A stretch of 64,000 nucleotides of DNA, from IMG/VR virus record IMGVR_UViG_3300028392_000045, positions 1-64,000 of that record; one strand, given 5' to 3'. Source of the stretch: a virus. A program made the position numbers and the translations under genes. This document shows positions 39,412-49,884 of this stretch, piece by piece. A model generated the notes under the pieces. The model was not told the origin of the DNA. It did not search any database and saw only the letters and a list, made by a program, of their open reading frames with translations. Numbering within the stretch: the first letter of the stretch is position 1; each line of letters starts with the position of its first letter.

Positions 39412-41892
39412 CTAAGACTTCTTTGTCTTAGCAGTCTTCTGCCTATTTGCTTTAGCTTGCTGTGCTATCTTTTGTTCCTCTAATTGAATCTTTTTTACAG
39501 CAAGCATAGTCTCAACTCCATCATTAATGCCGTTTTTATCAACATCTTTGTCAGGTGAGAAGTCAGAAGTTTTTAAAGCTGCTATTTCGGCATCTCTATC
39601 TTTAATCAAATTAATTTCTTCAAGCTTGTTAGCATGTTGTTTATCCAGAGCATCTTGTTTAGTTTTTTCAAGATTAGTAGCCTGCTCATAAGCTTGTTTC
39701 TGCATAGCTTCTGCTTGCTCTCTTTGCTTCTTAGCAGAGATAACTAGCATCTTATGTACTTTCTCTGGACTCTCACCTCTAGTAATAGCCATCACCAACT
39801 CAGATATAATTTCTACACCTTCTCCTCTATTCTGAGCTAAAGGCTGTAATCCAAGTTGTAATATAGTTCTTCTATAATCCTCATTGTAAGTAGTGTCAGA
39901 AAGGTAAATACCTAGTCCTTCATTATCTAAATACTCTGGTTTGATTGTCAATAACTTTTTAGAGCCATCAGGTAGATTGTAGTTTAGGTAACATTGCTCT
40001 ACATCAGGATTATCTTCAAAGTAGTTCTTGTAGTAAGTAGTAAACTGAGATAAATATTCATTGAGTACACTCTTCATCAAATCATTATGTACATGATAAT
40101 ACTCTTCAGTCATCGTATAAGAAGAAGTAACTGCTGCTTGATTATCAGTTACATTAGATGAAGCTGAATACATACCAGTAGCTTGAATAGGAACAAGCAT
40201 CTCTAAACCCATTTGTCTATCTAATAGATCTAATAAGTTTTGCATATTTACTATTTCAGCAATAGATCCAGCTACTTCAGCTCTTACAGGAGATGTTTTT
40301 TGATAATCAGGTAGACCATTAGCATTTTCATTAGAGTCATAGTAGCTATCACCTAGTGCTCTTCTAAAGTGTCTCCATATTGAAAGTTTATCTGCACCTT
40401 CATACAGTGGTTGACCATTTTCATCTAGTGCTAAGTAGTCAGGTATTTTAGAAGCATCAATAGACTTAATAAACCCTTCATACTTAGAAAGTTCTCTAAG
40501 CTGTAAATCCTTTACAAAGATATACTGCATCAAGGTAGATACAGCTCTTTGTACTAATGAGATAGGTTCAGCATTTAAAGAGGTAAATATTCTACCTTTT
40601 AGTGATAGTTCAAAATCATAAGGATTGTCTATATTAATAGGTTGATTAGGAACCTCTCTACGGTCTACAATAATATCAGAATATCTAGTACACTCATATC
40701 TTCTTGGTATCCATAGAATCTCTGCATAAATAGCATTACCTCTATCATCAATCCATTCATATTTCTTAGACTGTCTTCCCCATTTGTTGGTAAAAATAGT
40801 AGTAACAGCCTGTTTAGGTATTTCAAAATCAGCAGAAACAATTTCAGTTAATACTTCTCCATACTCATCAATAGACGTTAGGAAAATAACTTCTCTAAAA
40901 GCCTTAAACTGAAATTTAGTTTTCCATAAAAGCCTACTAGATTGTAGTCTGTTAGAGTTATTAGATCCAGTATTCTGCCCAATATATCTTTCATCAAACT
41001 GTCTACGCTCATATGCTTCTTCTACAGACAAGTAGTTCATCTGCATCTTAGACTGATTCGAAGTAACATCCCATGCTTTATTAGGTGAGATTTGAGTAGC
41101 AGAAGTATAAGTTCCTAATCTATCTAATTCTTCTTGTGATACTTTATCCATCAAGTCATCATATGCTTCAGATAAAGTAACAGCAGTTCTTACCCACCAG
41201 AAATCTCCTTTTTCTACTTTACTCTCATCAGGTGATTTGTGAAAACCTACATTTAAAGTATTGTATACTACAGGTTCAGGAATACCATTGTTTTCTGCTA
41301 TGTCTATAAAACACATATCAGCAGCTAGTACATGCTTAAACGAAAGGCTTTTAATTCTTTTAATGTCAAACTTAGCTTTAAAATACTCCAAGACATCAGA
41401 GTAAAAAATTTCCATAGAAGATTTAAAGCTAGTAACATCTTGTTCTTGTGGCTTTACTCTTTGTTCTTCTGGTACTTCTTGTACAGCTTGAGCTAGATAC
41501 TCCTCTACTTTCTCTGATAATAAGTCAGTAAGTTCCTGATCTTTTCTTTTGTTATCTCTATCTCCAAGGAGTAGCACATCAAAATTAGTTCCTCTTTTTA
41601 GCATTTCACCAAGTAGGAACATATAATACTTAAATAAAGGATTGAATACTACAATTTCTCTATCTTCTTCAAAAGGTAATTTGAATACACTATTTTCAGG
41701 TGAGCAGAATTTCTGAATATTTTTTTGGATGTAGGTAATATCATTATTGATAATAGCATAAATCATCCTTCTATTCTGATAGGAATCTAATTGAGTATTA
41801 TGTTGAGGGACAATAGAATCCATAACTGCTTTGTACCAGTCTTGGTTCTTATCCTTATCTTTTACTTTTAAGCTATATCTAATGTCGGGCAT
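39412..41892 (-). CDS. Portal protein
   Basis: 826 aa directly after TerL; KDK...W N-terminus, LLGE..KR and a C-terminal coiled coil. Confidence 0.85.
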   Translation of the reverse strand: MPDIRYSLKVKDKDKNQDWYKAVMDSIVPQHNTQLDSYQNRRMIYAIINNDITYIQKNIQKFCSPENSVFKLPFEEDREIVVFNPLFKYYMFLLGEMLKRGTNFDVLLLGDRDNKRKDQELTDLLSEKVEEYLAQAVQEVPEEQRVKPQEQDVTSFKSSMEIFYSDVLEYFKAKFDIKRIKSLSFKHVLAADMCFIDIAENNGIPEPVVYNTLNVGFHKSPDESKVEKGDFWWVRTAVTLSEAYDDLMDKVSQEELDRLGTYTSATQISPNKAWDVTSNQSKMQMNYLSVEEAYERRQFDERYIGQNTGSNNSNRLQSSRLLWKTKFQFKAFREVIFLTSIDEYGEVLTEIVSADFEIPKQAVTTIFTNKWGRQSKKYEWIDDRGNAIYAEILWIPRRYECTRYSDIIVDRREVPNQPINIDNPYDFELSLKGRIFTSLNAEPISLVQRAVSTLMQYIFVKDLQLRELSKYEGFIKSIDASKIPDYLALDENGQPLYEGADKLSIWRHFRRALGDSYYDSNENANGLPDYQKTSPVRAEVAGSIAEIVNMQNLLDLLDRQMGLEMLVPIQATGMYSASSNVTDNQAAVTSSYTMTEEYYHVHNDLMKSVLNEYLSQFTTYYKNYFEDNPDVEQCYLNYNLPDGSKKLLTIKPEYLDNEGLGIYLSDTTYNEDYRRTILQLGLQPLAQNRGEGVEIISELVMAITRGESPEKVHKMLVISAKKQREQAEAMQKQAYEQATNLEKTKQDALDKQHANKLEEINLIKDRDAEIAALKTSDFSPDKDVDKNGINDGVETMLAVKKIQLEEQKIAQQAKANRQKTAKTKKS

Positions 41893-44800
41893 ATCTTAGT
41901 TGTTTAGTAAGTCCATGCAATACTTTAGTTCCTGATCTGTTAACAGCGTAATGTTCTTGTTCGTTTATAGCAAGAGGTAAGCCAAGTAATGCAGAAACTC
42001 CATCAAAGTTACCTTCTAATGTATACTGACGTATTTGTTTTACAGTAAATAAACATGGTATAGTCTCTATAACTCTTTTGCCGTCTGGTAATTCTTTCAG
42101 TAGGATTTCACTTAGACCATCTAATAGAGTAATCTTAGCTAATCTATCTCCTACGTTAAATCCAGTTTGAGTAGCATTCTTTTTAAAAAGGTATTGTCCT
42201 TGTTCAAATTGAGGTCTTAAACATAAGAGATGTGCTTTATTCTTTCTAATAGCATATCCTCTAATCTTATCTCCTCGGTTGGCTTCATACCATAGATTTC
42301 TACTTTGTAATCCGTAAAAATGTAAACCTTTAAATACTATATCATTGTAGCCATCTACACTAATTTCATGTTTACCTATATAAGTAGCTGCTATCTGATA
42401 ACCAGGAAGTCCAAAGCTTAGGTACTTAGGATTGACTATAAAATAAGTAACACCAAGTGAACCTCCTTTAACTGGATCATCAGATACATAAGGGTCATGC
42501 GTTACAATAACTGCATCTGGTGGAAGCTGTCCGTTTATCTTTAATTTCTCAGGAGATATGTACATCATAAATTCTCCTTTAGTACTCTCAGTAGGTTGTA
42601 GCGGCCAGTTAAAGATAGCGTTAGACTTTGATTTAGGTATTACAGAATAGTTAATTCCTGTAGGTGTATTAGAATCATAAAATAAATCTATTGCTGTGCC
42701 TAACTTTTCAAATAAATTATCTTTTATGAGTTCCTTTTCTCTTGCTTCTGCCTCTTTTACAGGTAAGTATCCAGTAGAACCAGATAACCACATATCATCT
42801 ACCTGTAGTGGATAGTTCATCCTTTCAGCTAAGAGTACTCTAGGATCAGATGATTTAGCTGCATCTTCTCTACGTTTTATATAGAACTCGTAAGCAGCTT
42901 GTATATCTGTATTACCATCTGCATCTTTGAATCTCTTATCAGTTAGAGGTGCAGGTAAGAAAAAGCATTGATCATCAAATTCTATACAATTATAATCTTT
43001 AGGGTGAGTAAAAATCTTCTGAGCTGGTCTTACCATTTCTAAATCACCAGAAGTACCAATACCTACTTGAATACCAAACTGTTCACCATCTGTAGTTACT
43101 ACCGCAGTGTTAGATGTCCAGGCTTCTATAAGCAATTGCATCAAACCTACCTCTTCGTATAGAATAACGTTTCTACGTCCACCTGCACCTTCTTGAGCAC
43201 CACCTTTCTTATTAGTAGAATATATTTTATGATTTACTTCAGAACCAGATCCTAGCTTCTTCCATACTCCATTTTTAGATGCAGCAATTTCATGTACCCA
43301 AGAAGTATTAGCAGAGCCATCTCCTTTCATATTTCTATAGTAAGGACAAGGCTCAAATATATCTTTATCATCACCTTCTTTACCATATACACCAAATTTA
43401 GGATCTACTTTCAGCTCATGCATAGAGTCAATAAGTTTCTTCATTAATTCAGTAGACTTAGATCCTATACCTGCTGCAATGTCTATAGTAGCTTGACTTT
43501 TTCCTTGATCTGCATACTTCTTGGAATCAAATACTAGCTCATATAATGCTAGTGCAAGTCCAAAGAAATAAGAATTATGTGTAACTACATAATTAGTGGT
43601 TAAAAAATTATGATCTTTAGCATCTACACTAATGCATATAGTAGGTGCTTGATAATCCATTTTTTTAATACTTACAATCGAAGTATATTCATTAATATTT
43701 TTTTTAGTTATACGTTCTAATTTTCTTGATATAAAAAAAATAGGTAAGTTAGTAGTAATAAAAAGCCTCCAACAATCATTTCTAGTTGTAATACATCCTT
43801 TTATATCATGTACTTTGCCAGTTCTTTTGTCTATACCTTTTTGACTTTTTATACCTAAACTTCTTAATACCTCTTGTAAATCATTTAGTAAAGTTTCATT
43901 TGTGCTACTGAATGAAGCATATCCTTTTGATATAGAACCATCAGAATCCATTAAACCTCTTACTAACTCCATACGTTGATCTATAGAAGCATATTTATAA
44001 ATGTCTGGTATAAATTTACTTTTACAACCGACATTTAATCCTAAAGCTTTTAAATCCCTGTGTAATAAATTTTGATGTTGTAATAAAGGGGTTCCGTTTA
44101 CCTTAGTGCCTATATTAATTTTTTCTCCTCTATGTACTATAGTGTAGTTGTTATTTGTACTTTTATCATATACTATATCGTAGTCAGGAAAAGAATTTTT
44201 AAAACGTTCTAAAACTTCCATTTCACTAGTGGCTACTTTAGGAGTAGAACTTGTTAAAGCACCATTTCCTAATAAGTATCCCAAAATATAAGGGTCTATT
44301 GGCAATTCTTGTTTTGGATAATTTACTGGTTTATTTTGTTTTACTTTATATCTATAAGTAAATCCCGATCTTTTATGAGCATATTTATATCCTTTTTCAA
44401 GCATATCTATTGTAGATATAACTTTATTATTTTTATTTACTGTCCATAAATGCTCAGGATTTGTATAACATTTCCTACCATCTTTAAATTCTACCTCATA
44501 AACATCAGTAATACCTTGTGGGTATACTCCAGTTATTGTAGTCAAATTGCCATCAGATCCATATATTTTATCTCCTACTTGTGCATTCTTAATTAGCTCA
44601 TAACCAGTCTCTTTATAGATATATTCAGTTTCTAACATTGCTTTCCCGCCGCCCCTAGAACCGACCACGAGAAAATTCTTAGTATTATTATTGTATAAAG
44701 GTCTACCTAATGGCTTGTCATGTAATTCAAAAAGAATATCTCTTGGTTTTTTGTATTCTTTTAGCTTTCCTTTGGAGTTAGAAATATCAGCTAAATCAGA

Positions 44801-45208
44801 TATAGATAAAGTAGAAGTATCTTTCAGAAGTCTCTCATCACCTGAATATCTATCATCATCTTCAAAACCAGAAAAACCAAAGCATTCAGTAATATAATAA
44901 GCAAAATGCCATTCTAAATCTCTTATAGATGGTATTACTTGTTTCCTAGCTTTAGTCTTTTTAATAGTATCAAAGATAGAACAGAATTTAGCATAAAATC
45001 CTATACGTCCTGGACAGTATCTATACTTACCAAACTGTTCTACCCAAATACCTTCTATCAGTTTCTTTCTATTAGCTTTCCAAGCTTCTCTATATCTTGG
45101 ATCTTCAGGATGATATTTAGGAGGTTCAAACTGATCTAAGATATAGTTAAGATTTTCTATCTTAATCCAATCTACATTCGTAGAATAAATGCCCAGATTA
45201 TACTCCAT
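41879..45208 (-). CDS. terL: Terminase large subunit, intein-containing
   Basis: Walker A GSRGGGK|S, Walker B ILYEEVG, GTSG coupling motif, nuclease THDPY, YEAN and NFDGVSA. Confidence 0.92.
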   Translation of the reverse strand: MEYNLGIYSTNVDWIKIENLNYILDQFEPPKYHPEDPRYREAWKANRKKLIEGIWVEQFGKYRYCPGRIGFYAKFCSIFDTIKKTKARKQVIPSIRDLEWHFAYYITECFGFSGFEDDDRYSGDERLLKDTSTLSISDLADISNSKGKLKEYKKPRDILFELHDKPLGRPLYNNNTKNFLVVGSRGGGKAMLETEYIYKETGYELIKNAQVGDKIYGSDGNLTTITGVYPQGITDVYEVEFKDGRKCYTNPEHLWTVNKNNKVISTIDMLEKGYKYAHKRSGFTYRYKVKQNKPVNYPKQELPIDPYILGYLLGNGALTSSTPKVATSEMEVLERFKNSFPDYDIVYDKSTNNNYTIVHRGEKINIGTKVNGTPLLQHQNLLHRDLKALGLNVGCKSKFIPDIYKYASIDQRMELVRGLMDSDGSISKGYASFSSTNETLLNDLQEVLRSLGIKSQKGIDKRTGKVHDIKGCITTRNDCWRLFITTNLPIFFISRKLERITKKNINEYTSIVSIKKMDYQAPTICISVDAKDHNFLTTNYVVTHNSYFFGLALALYELVFDSKKYADQGKSQATIDIAAGIGSKSTELMKKLIDSMHELKVDPKFGVYGKEGDDKDIFEPCPYYRNMKGDGSANTSWVHEIAASKNGVWKKLGSGSEVNHKIYSTNKKGGAQEGAGGRRNVILYEEVGLMQLLIEAWTSNTAVVTTDGEQFGIQVGIGTSGDLEMVRPAQKIFTHPKDYNCIEFDDQCFFLPAPLTDKRFKDADGNTDIQAAYEFYIKRREDAAKSSDPRVLLAERMNYPLQVDDMWLSGSTGYLPVKEAEAREKELIKDNLFEKLGTAIDLFYDSNTPTGINYSVIPKSKSNAIFNWPLQPTESTKGEFMMYISPEKLKINGQLPPDAVIVTHDPYVSDDPVKGGSLGVTYFIVNPKYLSFGLPGYQIAATYIGKHEISVDGYNDIVFKGLHFYGLQSRNLWYEANRGDKIRGYAIRKNKAHLLCLRPQFEQGQYLFKKNATQTGFNVGDRLAKITLLDGLSEILLKELPDGKRVIETIPCLFTVKQIRQYTLEGNFDGVSALLGLPLAINEQEHYAVNRSGTKVLHGLTKQLRYARH
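43574..44641 (-). mobile_element. Class 3 intein (356 aa) with LAGLIDADG endonuclease, in the TerL Walker A motif
   Basis: Begins with Ala and ends VVTHN|S. WCT signature: EHLW, TICISVD, VVTHN. Endonuclease motifs PYILGYLLGNG and LVRGLMDSDG. Confidence 0.92.
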
Positions 45209-45867
45209 AAAGATTTCTTTGTTTTTACTGGAACCTGAATTGGTTGCATAATTTTAGGTTCAGATATAGTTTGTTTAGCTATTACTTCTTTAGTCTCTGT
45301 ACTATAAGTAGCAGTAGGTGTAATAAAAGTAGCTTGATCTTTTAGTTTTTCCTTGAATGCTAACCAAGCATGTTCTAGCTGTACTCCAGAAACTATAGTA
45401 GGTAAAAACATTTTAGGACAATCCTTTCCTGTCATGTCATAATGTCTGTATACCTGATCAGTAGTTAACTTATGTTTACTTAATAGATTTTTTACTAGTT
45501 CTATAGTATTCTCTAATACTTTTTGTTGATTAGCTTCTTTGTATACACACATCTCTATACCAATAAAAAAGTCATTAGGGTTTTGACCTTTAGGTACTAA
45601 TGCATTTCTATAAGGTAGATTGTCAAATCTTTGCTTATCACCAATATGCCAAGCTACTTCATCATCAGGTATAAGCTGAACTACTTCATGATCATCTACA
45701 AAATAATGAGCAGAAGCATTTACTTTATTCTTAGAGAAATATCTATAATGCGCTTGAGCATCTGCTTTAGATCCTACATTAGCAGTCCAGTGTATAATAA
45801 TACCTTTAAGCTGTACTAGCTTTCTAAAAGGTCTATTGATAGTAATAAACTGTTGTGAAATATTCAT
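45172..45867 (-). CDS. N-acetylmuramoyl-L-alanine amidase (Amidase_2) endolysin
   Basis: IIIHWTA, SAHYFVD, AWHIG, IGIEMC and RHYD.TGKDCP motifs. Confidence 0.92.
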   Translation of the reverse strand: MNISQQFITINRPFRKLVQLKGIIIHWTANVGSKADAQAHYRYFSKNKVNASAHYFVDDHEVVQLIPDDEVAWHIGDKQRFDNLPYRNALVPKGQNPNDFFIGIEMCVYKEANQQKVLENTIELVKNLLSKHKLTTDQVYRHYDMTGKDCPKMFLPTIVSGVQLEHAWLAFKEKLKDQATFITPTATYSTETKEVIAKQTISEPKIMQPIQVPVKTKKSLWSIIWAFILRM

Positions 45868-45910
45868 ATCTTATAATTAAAAACTTTCAGGTATTAATCA
45901 TACCTAAAAG

Positions 45911-46501
45911 CTAATCATCAAAAAAGTTTTCATCTTCTTCTACTCTAGTAAGTTTAATACCTGCTTTACCTCTTGCTACAGTCTTCTCTTCTAGGAATTT
46001 ATTTCTAATCTTTTCATAAGATTCATAAATCTTAAGAGAATCTTTCTGTAGTAAATTTATTTGAGTAGCTGTACCTTTTTCTGTATACATTTTACCATTA
46101 GCATCCATTAAAGATCTGTCTAAAGTAAGCTCTGTATTCTTAATCAAGTCAGCTCTTTTAACTAGCTGCTCAATTTCTTCTTTTAAAGTCTTTTGTACAG
46201 TAGTCAAACAAAGATTAGTAAATTGACTCAATAAGGTATCTATATCATCACTCACTTTAGGTGCTAATGTCTCCATCAACATAGTTCGTCTAACCTCTTC
46301 TTTTACTCTATAGAAGATATTTAGATCTTCATCTGGATAAGTCATAAAGAAAATAAACCACATTACCTTAGAAGACTCTACTTTATCCTTACTCTTATCT
46401 TCTTTGTATAGCGCATCAAAAGGCTTATACAACATAAAAGTAGGATTGAGTTCCCAGAAATTAGCAAGATGATTTATATTATCTGTATTTAGCTTTACCA
46501 T
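45911..46501 (-). CDS. Conserved helical protein, terminase small subunit candidate
   Basis: Upstream of TerL; coiled coil ending ARGKAG. Confidence 0.45.
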   Translation of the reverse strand: MVKLNTDNINHLANFWELNPTFMLYKPFDALYKEDKSKDKVESSKVMWFIFFMTYPDEDLNIFYRVKEEVRRTMLMETLAPKVSDDIDTLLSQFTNLCLTTVQKTLKEEIEQLVKRADLIKNTELTLDRSLMDANGKMYTEKGTATQINLLQKDSLKIYESYEKIRNKFLEEKTVARGKAGIKLTRVEEDENFFDD

Positions 46502-46719
46502 GTAGGTATATATTTCTTTGTGATTACTTGACCTGACCTAGTAGTTGCAGAAATAACAACAACCTCTTTTACTTTCAGGTGAACTTCGTATGTAAAGTTA
46601 TCTATCTTTTTGGCAGATATATAGTTGCCTTCTATCTTGCTAATCATACTTTCAAAACTAACTTCAATAGGTATTACTGAATTAAGTTTTGCGTAAGGAA
46701 GTTTAATTACTTCTTCCAT
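46495..46719 (-). CDS. Hypothetical protein
   Basis: 74-aa ORF overlapping its neighbours. Confidence 0.5.
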   Translation of the reverse strand: MEEVIKLPYAKLNSVIPIEVSFESMISKIEGNYISAKKIDNFTYEVHLKVKEVVVISATTRSGQVITKKYIPTW

Positions 46720-46931
46720 CGTTCACAGTCTTTTCTTGATGTAAGAATACCTTCAAAATTACAACCACAGAAAGTACATTTACCTGCTTCAAAACAATCT
46801 TTACAGGTCTTAACTCTATCTAGTACTTCTTTGGTATTAGTAATAGAAGCATCTCCAATAACTTTAAGATACATCCATTTTATATAGGCAAGAACAGACT
46901 CTTTAGTTAGATTACTTAATATCTTATACAT
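46707..46931 (-). CDS. Small Zn-finger-like protein
   Basis: R..CKDC...CTFCGC...C..W. Confidence 0.65.
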   Translation of the reverse strand: MYKILSNLTKESVLAYIKWMYLKVIGDASITNTKEVLDRVKTCKDCFEAGKCTFCGCNFEGILTSRKDCERWKK

Positions 46932-47008
46932 AGCTTTAAGTTAAAAAGCTGTTACCTCCTTTTTATCAGAAGTAACAGCGAATTAATTAAAAATTTTTTA
47001 AAGAAAAA

Positions 47009-47293
47009 TTATACGAATTCGTACTTAAATTCGATACCCAATACTTTTACAAGTTCTACAATAGTCTTGTACAAGAAAGTGTTAGGCAGACGAACAATAA
47101 AATCTTTTCCTTCACATTCTTTCAAAGTTTCGGTGATTTTAGCTACCAAAAGATTGAGTAGTTCAGTAATGTGAACAGGAGTAATAACAACTTTGTCATC
47201 TTCAATGATAGTAGAAGTAGACAATTCTTGCATTAGTTCACCAATGTTGATGGTGTAGCAAGATGCTTTAGTCAAATCTTCAGAGATACCCAT
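47009..47293 (-). CDS. Hypothetical protein
   Basis: 94-aa ORF followed by a GCTGTTAC..GTAACAGC hairpin. Confidence 0.6.
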   Translation of the reverse strand: MGISEDLTKASCYTINIGELMQELSTSTIIEDDKVVITPVHITELLNLLVAKITETLKECEGKDFIVRLPNTFLYKTIVELVKVLGIEFKYEFV

Positions 47294-47326
47294 AGCTATA
47301 GAGTTTATAAAGAGTTAAGAAATTAC

Positions 47327-47971
47327 TTATTCTTTATCTTTCACAGTCAAAGGCTTCGCGTTTGACAGGACTGCAACAATCTGTCTAGTAGGATTCAATT
47401 GCAAATATCCAAAATGTGGATTGTCAGGTGAAGTAGGTGGCTCAAAATCTAACCAATCTGTATTGGTATATCCATACTCTAAGTGAGGTGGATGATCTAC
47501 AGAAGGTTTAATAGCCATAATAGAATCTTGAGTAACTTGAACTACATCTCCTACTTGGAAACCACAATCATAAGTTGGTTTAGCTACTACAACTCCTTTT
47601 CTGGTAAAAGGCCAAGGAGATTCCATAGTTTGTCTTACACCAATACCATTCTGAGTAACTTCTTTCATAGAAATTTTAGGTTCTATGATTAAACCAGCTT
47701 TAGTCTTTTCAGGTACAATGTGGTACATTCTTACAATAACAGAAGACAAAGGTAGGATAGAACTATACTGTTCATCTAGTGTAGTTAGATTATTATTATA
47801 GTCTTCAATCTTCGTCTCGTTCAGTTCCCAGTAACTCTTTCGGTTTAGATCTATTAAAGGTACTGGAGTCGCCGACCGGTGCTGTTCGGTTATGTAAAAG
47901 CTTCTTTGCTGATTTGGATCGGGAAAGTGATTCTCTGCGTAATCCCGAATTGATTCTGAACTTCCTTTCAT
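47327..47971 (-). CDS. GroES-like co-chaperonin domain protein
   Basis: LPLSSVIVR...EKTKAGLIIEP...KGVVVA...FQVGDVV; probable start at MKGSS. Confidence 0.65.
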   Translation of the reverse strand: MKGSSESIRDYAENHFPDPNQQRSFYITEQHRSATPVPLIDLNRKSYWELNETKIEDYNNNLTTLDEQYSSILPLSSVIVRMYHIVPEKTKAGLIIEPKISMKEVTQNGIGVRQTMESPWPFTRKGVVVAKPTYDCGFQVGDVVQVTQDSIMAIKPSVDHPPHLEYGYTNTDWLDFEPPTSPDNPHFGYLQLNPTRQIVAVLSNAKPLTVKDKE

Positions 47972-48203
47972 AAGCTTCTTGTAATTTTTCTTTTTGTTCT
48001 CCTGAACAAAGGAATGAAAATAAATAAAATGTCTTCTTTGTTGGCTTAAAGGTAAGTAAATTAGGTAACATAACATAAGAATATAATTCAGGATGTTTTA
48101 AGCCTTGTTCTAAGCTATCTTCTATACCTAAAATTATATTCTCTAGTTCCTTAATTGGAAACTGCTCCTGCTCTGCTATCTGCTGTACTAGCTTTTTTAC
48201 CAT
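47805..48203 (-). CDS. HU/IHF-like DNA-binding protein
   Basis: KKLVQQIAE...ELENII...VMLPNLLTFK pattern. Confidence 0.6.
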   Translation of the reverse strand: MVKKLVQQIAEQEQFPIKELENIILGIEDSLEQGLKHPELYSYVMLPNLLTFKPTKKTFYLFSFLCSGEQKEKLQEAYERKFRINSGLRRESLSRSKSAKKLLHNRTAPVGDSSTFNRSKPKELLGTERDED

Positions 48204-48618
48204 CTTTCTTAACTTTGAGTTCCATAGTAAAAGTAAAAGAAACAGCTTGATTCTGTATCAATTTCTTTATCTGTAACAGTGTCTTATGTGGTCTAGTTTT
48301 ATTTCCAGGTACAGGGTTTTCTACATTCACAATAAGACCTATATCAGTCAAAAAAGGTTTAAAATAACTAATCTCAGTTCTATGTATCTTAAAACCTTCA
48401 ATAACCTCCGCTACATTAGGTGAAGAAAACCAACATTTATCTGGATCTTCTCTTGACATTATCCAAGCCATAAAAGCAACATGTTTTGGTCGCATAGAGT
48501 AGTTACCTTTAGCTATCAATAAATTAAAAAACTGAATCCAAAAACCTTGCTCATCAATTTCTAATGGCTCTTTAGCTTCTGATCCAGTTTTTCCAGTAAG
48601 TAGATTTAATTCGAACAT
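48151..48618 (-). CDS. Hypothetical protein, possible winged helix
   Basis: 155-aa ORF in the operon. Confidence 0.5.
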   Translation of the reverse strand: MFELNLLTGKTGSEAKEPLEIDEQGFWIQFFNLLIAKGNYSMRPKHVAFMAWIMSREDPDKCWFSSPNVAEVIEGFKIHRTEISYFKPFLTDIGLIVNVENPVPGNKTRPHKTLLQIKKLIQNQAVSFTFTMELKVKKDGKKASTADSRAGAVSN

Positions 48619-48828
48619 GCTTTTGAAAATTTATTTTTGAAAGACCGTCTTATTAAGAAGATTGCTTTTCTTCGTGTCTTATAGATACTATAGCAAGGAT
48701 AAAGAAAAGTAATACAATAATTTTACCTAAAGTTTTATAATCTTTTCCTGTTACTATATAGATAGCTAATCTAACCATACTAGCAAGTACAAAGTTGATA
48801 GCTATCATCATTATTTTACCAAACCAAT

Positions 48829-49410
48829 TCATTTCTTAATCTTAAATAAAGGTAAGTAAAGTCTTGCTTCCATAACTTTAGTACCAAACTGATAGCCAGC
48901 AGATACTCCAATGTTATGCCTATTCTGTAGCTGAATACCAACAGAAGGATTATATACAGAGTTAATACCACCATAAATACTAAACACATCTTTACCTTTA
49001 GCAGGTACTTCAACTGTCTTAGTAATAGTAGAATCTCTATATACAAAAGGAACTCTTACCCAATCAATCTTTCTTTTCATAGATTCAATCTTACCAGATA
49101 GTGTAATAGTATCAGAAATTCTAACTACAGTATCTTGATAAGGAACTACCATAGTATACACAGGCTCTTTCTTTAAGAAAGTATCTGTCTTACCTTGTAT
49201 AGAGTCAACAATAAAAACATAATTCGTATCAATAGTCTTATACTTCAGTTTCACATACTTAGTAATAACTGTATCCTTAAGTACATAAACCAAAGAGTCT
49301 TTAGTTACTGTTACTGTATCTACTTTACCAATAACTTGTGTACGATTACACTTAGCCATAATAAGCAAACCAATAACTAAACCTAAAAGTGCACCAGATA
49401 AAATTTTCAT
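48829..49410 (-). CDS. Membrane-anchored protein, spanin candidate
   Basis: N-terminal TM/lipobox-like segment (MAKC), DT-rich linker and C-terminal amphipathic beta-strands. Confidence 0.55.
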   Translation of the reverse strand: MKILSGALLGLVIGLLIMAKCNRTQVIGKVDTVTVTKDSLVYVLKDTVITKYVKLKYKTIDTNYVFIVDSIQGKTDTFLKKEPVYTMVVPYQDTVVRISDTITLSGKIESMKRKIDWVRVPFVYRDSTITKTVEVPAKGKDVFSIYGGINSVYNPSVGIQLQNRHNIGVSAGYQFGTKVMEARLYLPLFKIKK

Positions 49411-49435
49411 TCTTGTTATTTTTAATTGTTAAATA

Positions 49436-49637
49436 CTATTCAGTAACTACCTGTACTCGCTTCTTACATATCAACGTAAGCTTATCAATCATATCCTTAT
49501 TCTCAGTTAATATAGAAACAACATGAATAAGATGATCATAATTAGTACGAGCAGGCATGTGATAATTATTTGCTACTTTATCTAACCTATCTAAATGCAG
49601 TTCTAATAACCCTCTTCCAATCTTATTTACTGCTGTG
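49436..49637 (-). CDS. Hypothetical protein
   Basis: Short ORF beginning MWKLTAV. Confidence 0.45.
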
Positions 49638-49659
49638 AGTTTCCACATTTTGGATCTGT

Positions 49660-49884
49660 TTAAGATTCGAAATCTTGATTTTCAACATTTAAGAGTTCTA
49701 TAATTTGCTTCTCTTCTTCCATTATAATATTCAATTTATTCAGGAGTATATTAGTAACCTCCTCATCATCCTCAAATACAGGTAGAGTTTGATAGATCTG
49801 CTCTTTAGTAAACTCAAGAGATTCAACAAACTCAGGAGAGCTTATAATATCAAAGTAAACTCGAATAATTTTAGTCTTCTTCAT
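49660..49884 (-). CDS. Acidic hypothetical protein
   Basis: Probable start at MKKTKII. Confidence 0.5.
   Translation of the reverse strand: MKKTKIIRVYFDIISSPEFVESLEFTKEQIYQTLPVFEDDEEVTNILLNKLNIIMEEEKQIIELLNVENQDFES

Noticed and set aside
48816-49046. Nested ORF as an o-spanin
   Set aside because: No lipobox; its hydrophobicity looks like an off-frame artefact.
49638-49663. Hairpin TTTTGGATCT..AGATTCGAAA resembling one arm of the 9688 element
   Set aside because: It is a single arm with no TGNCA linker or second hairpin. It may be a remnant but was not counted.
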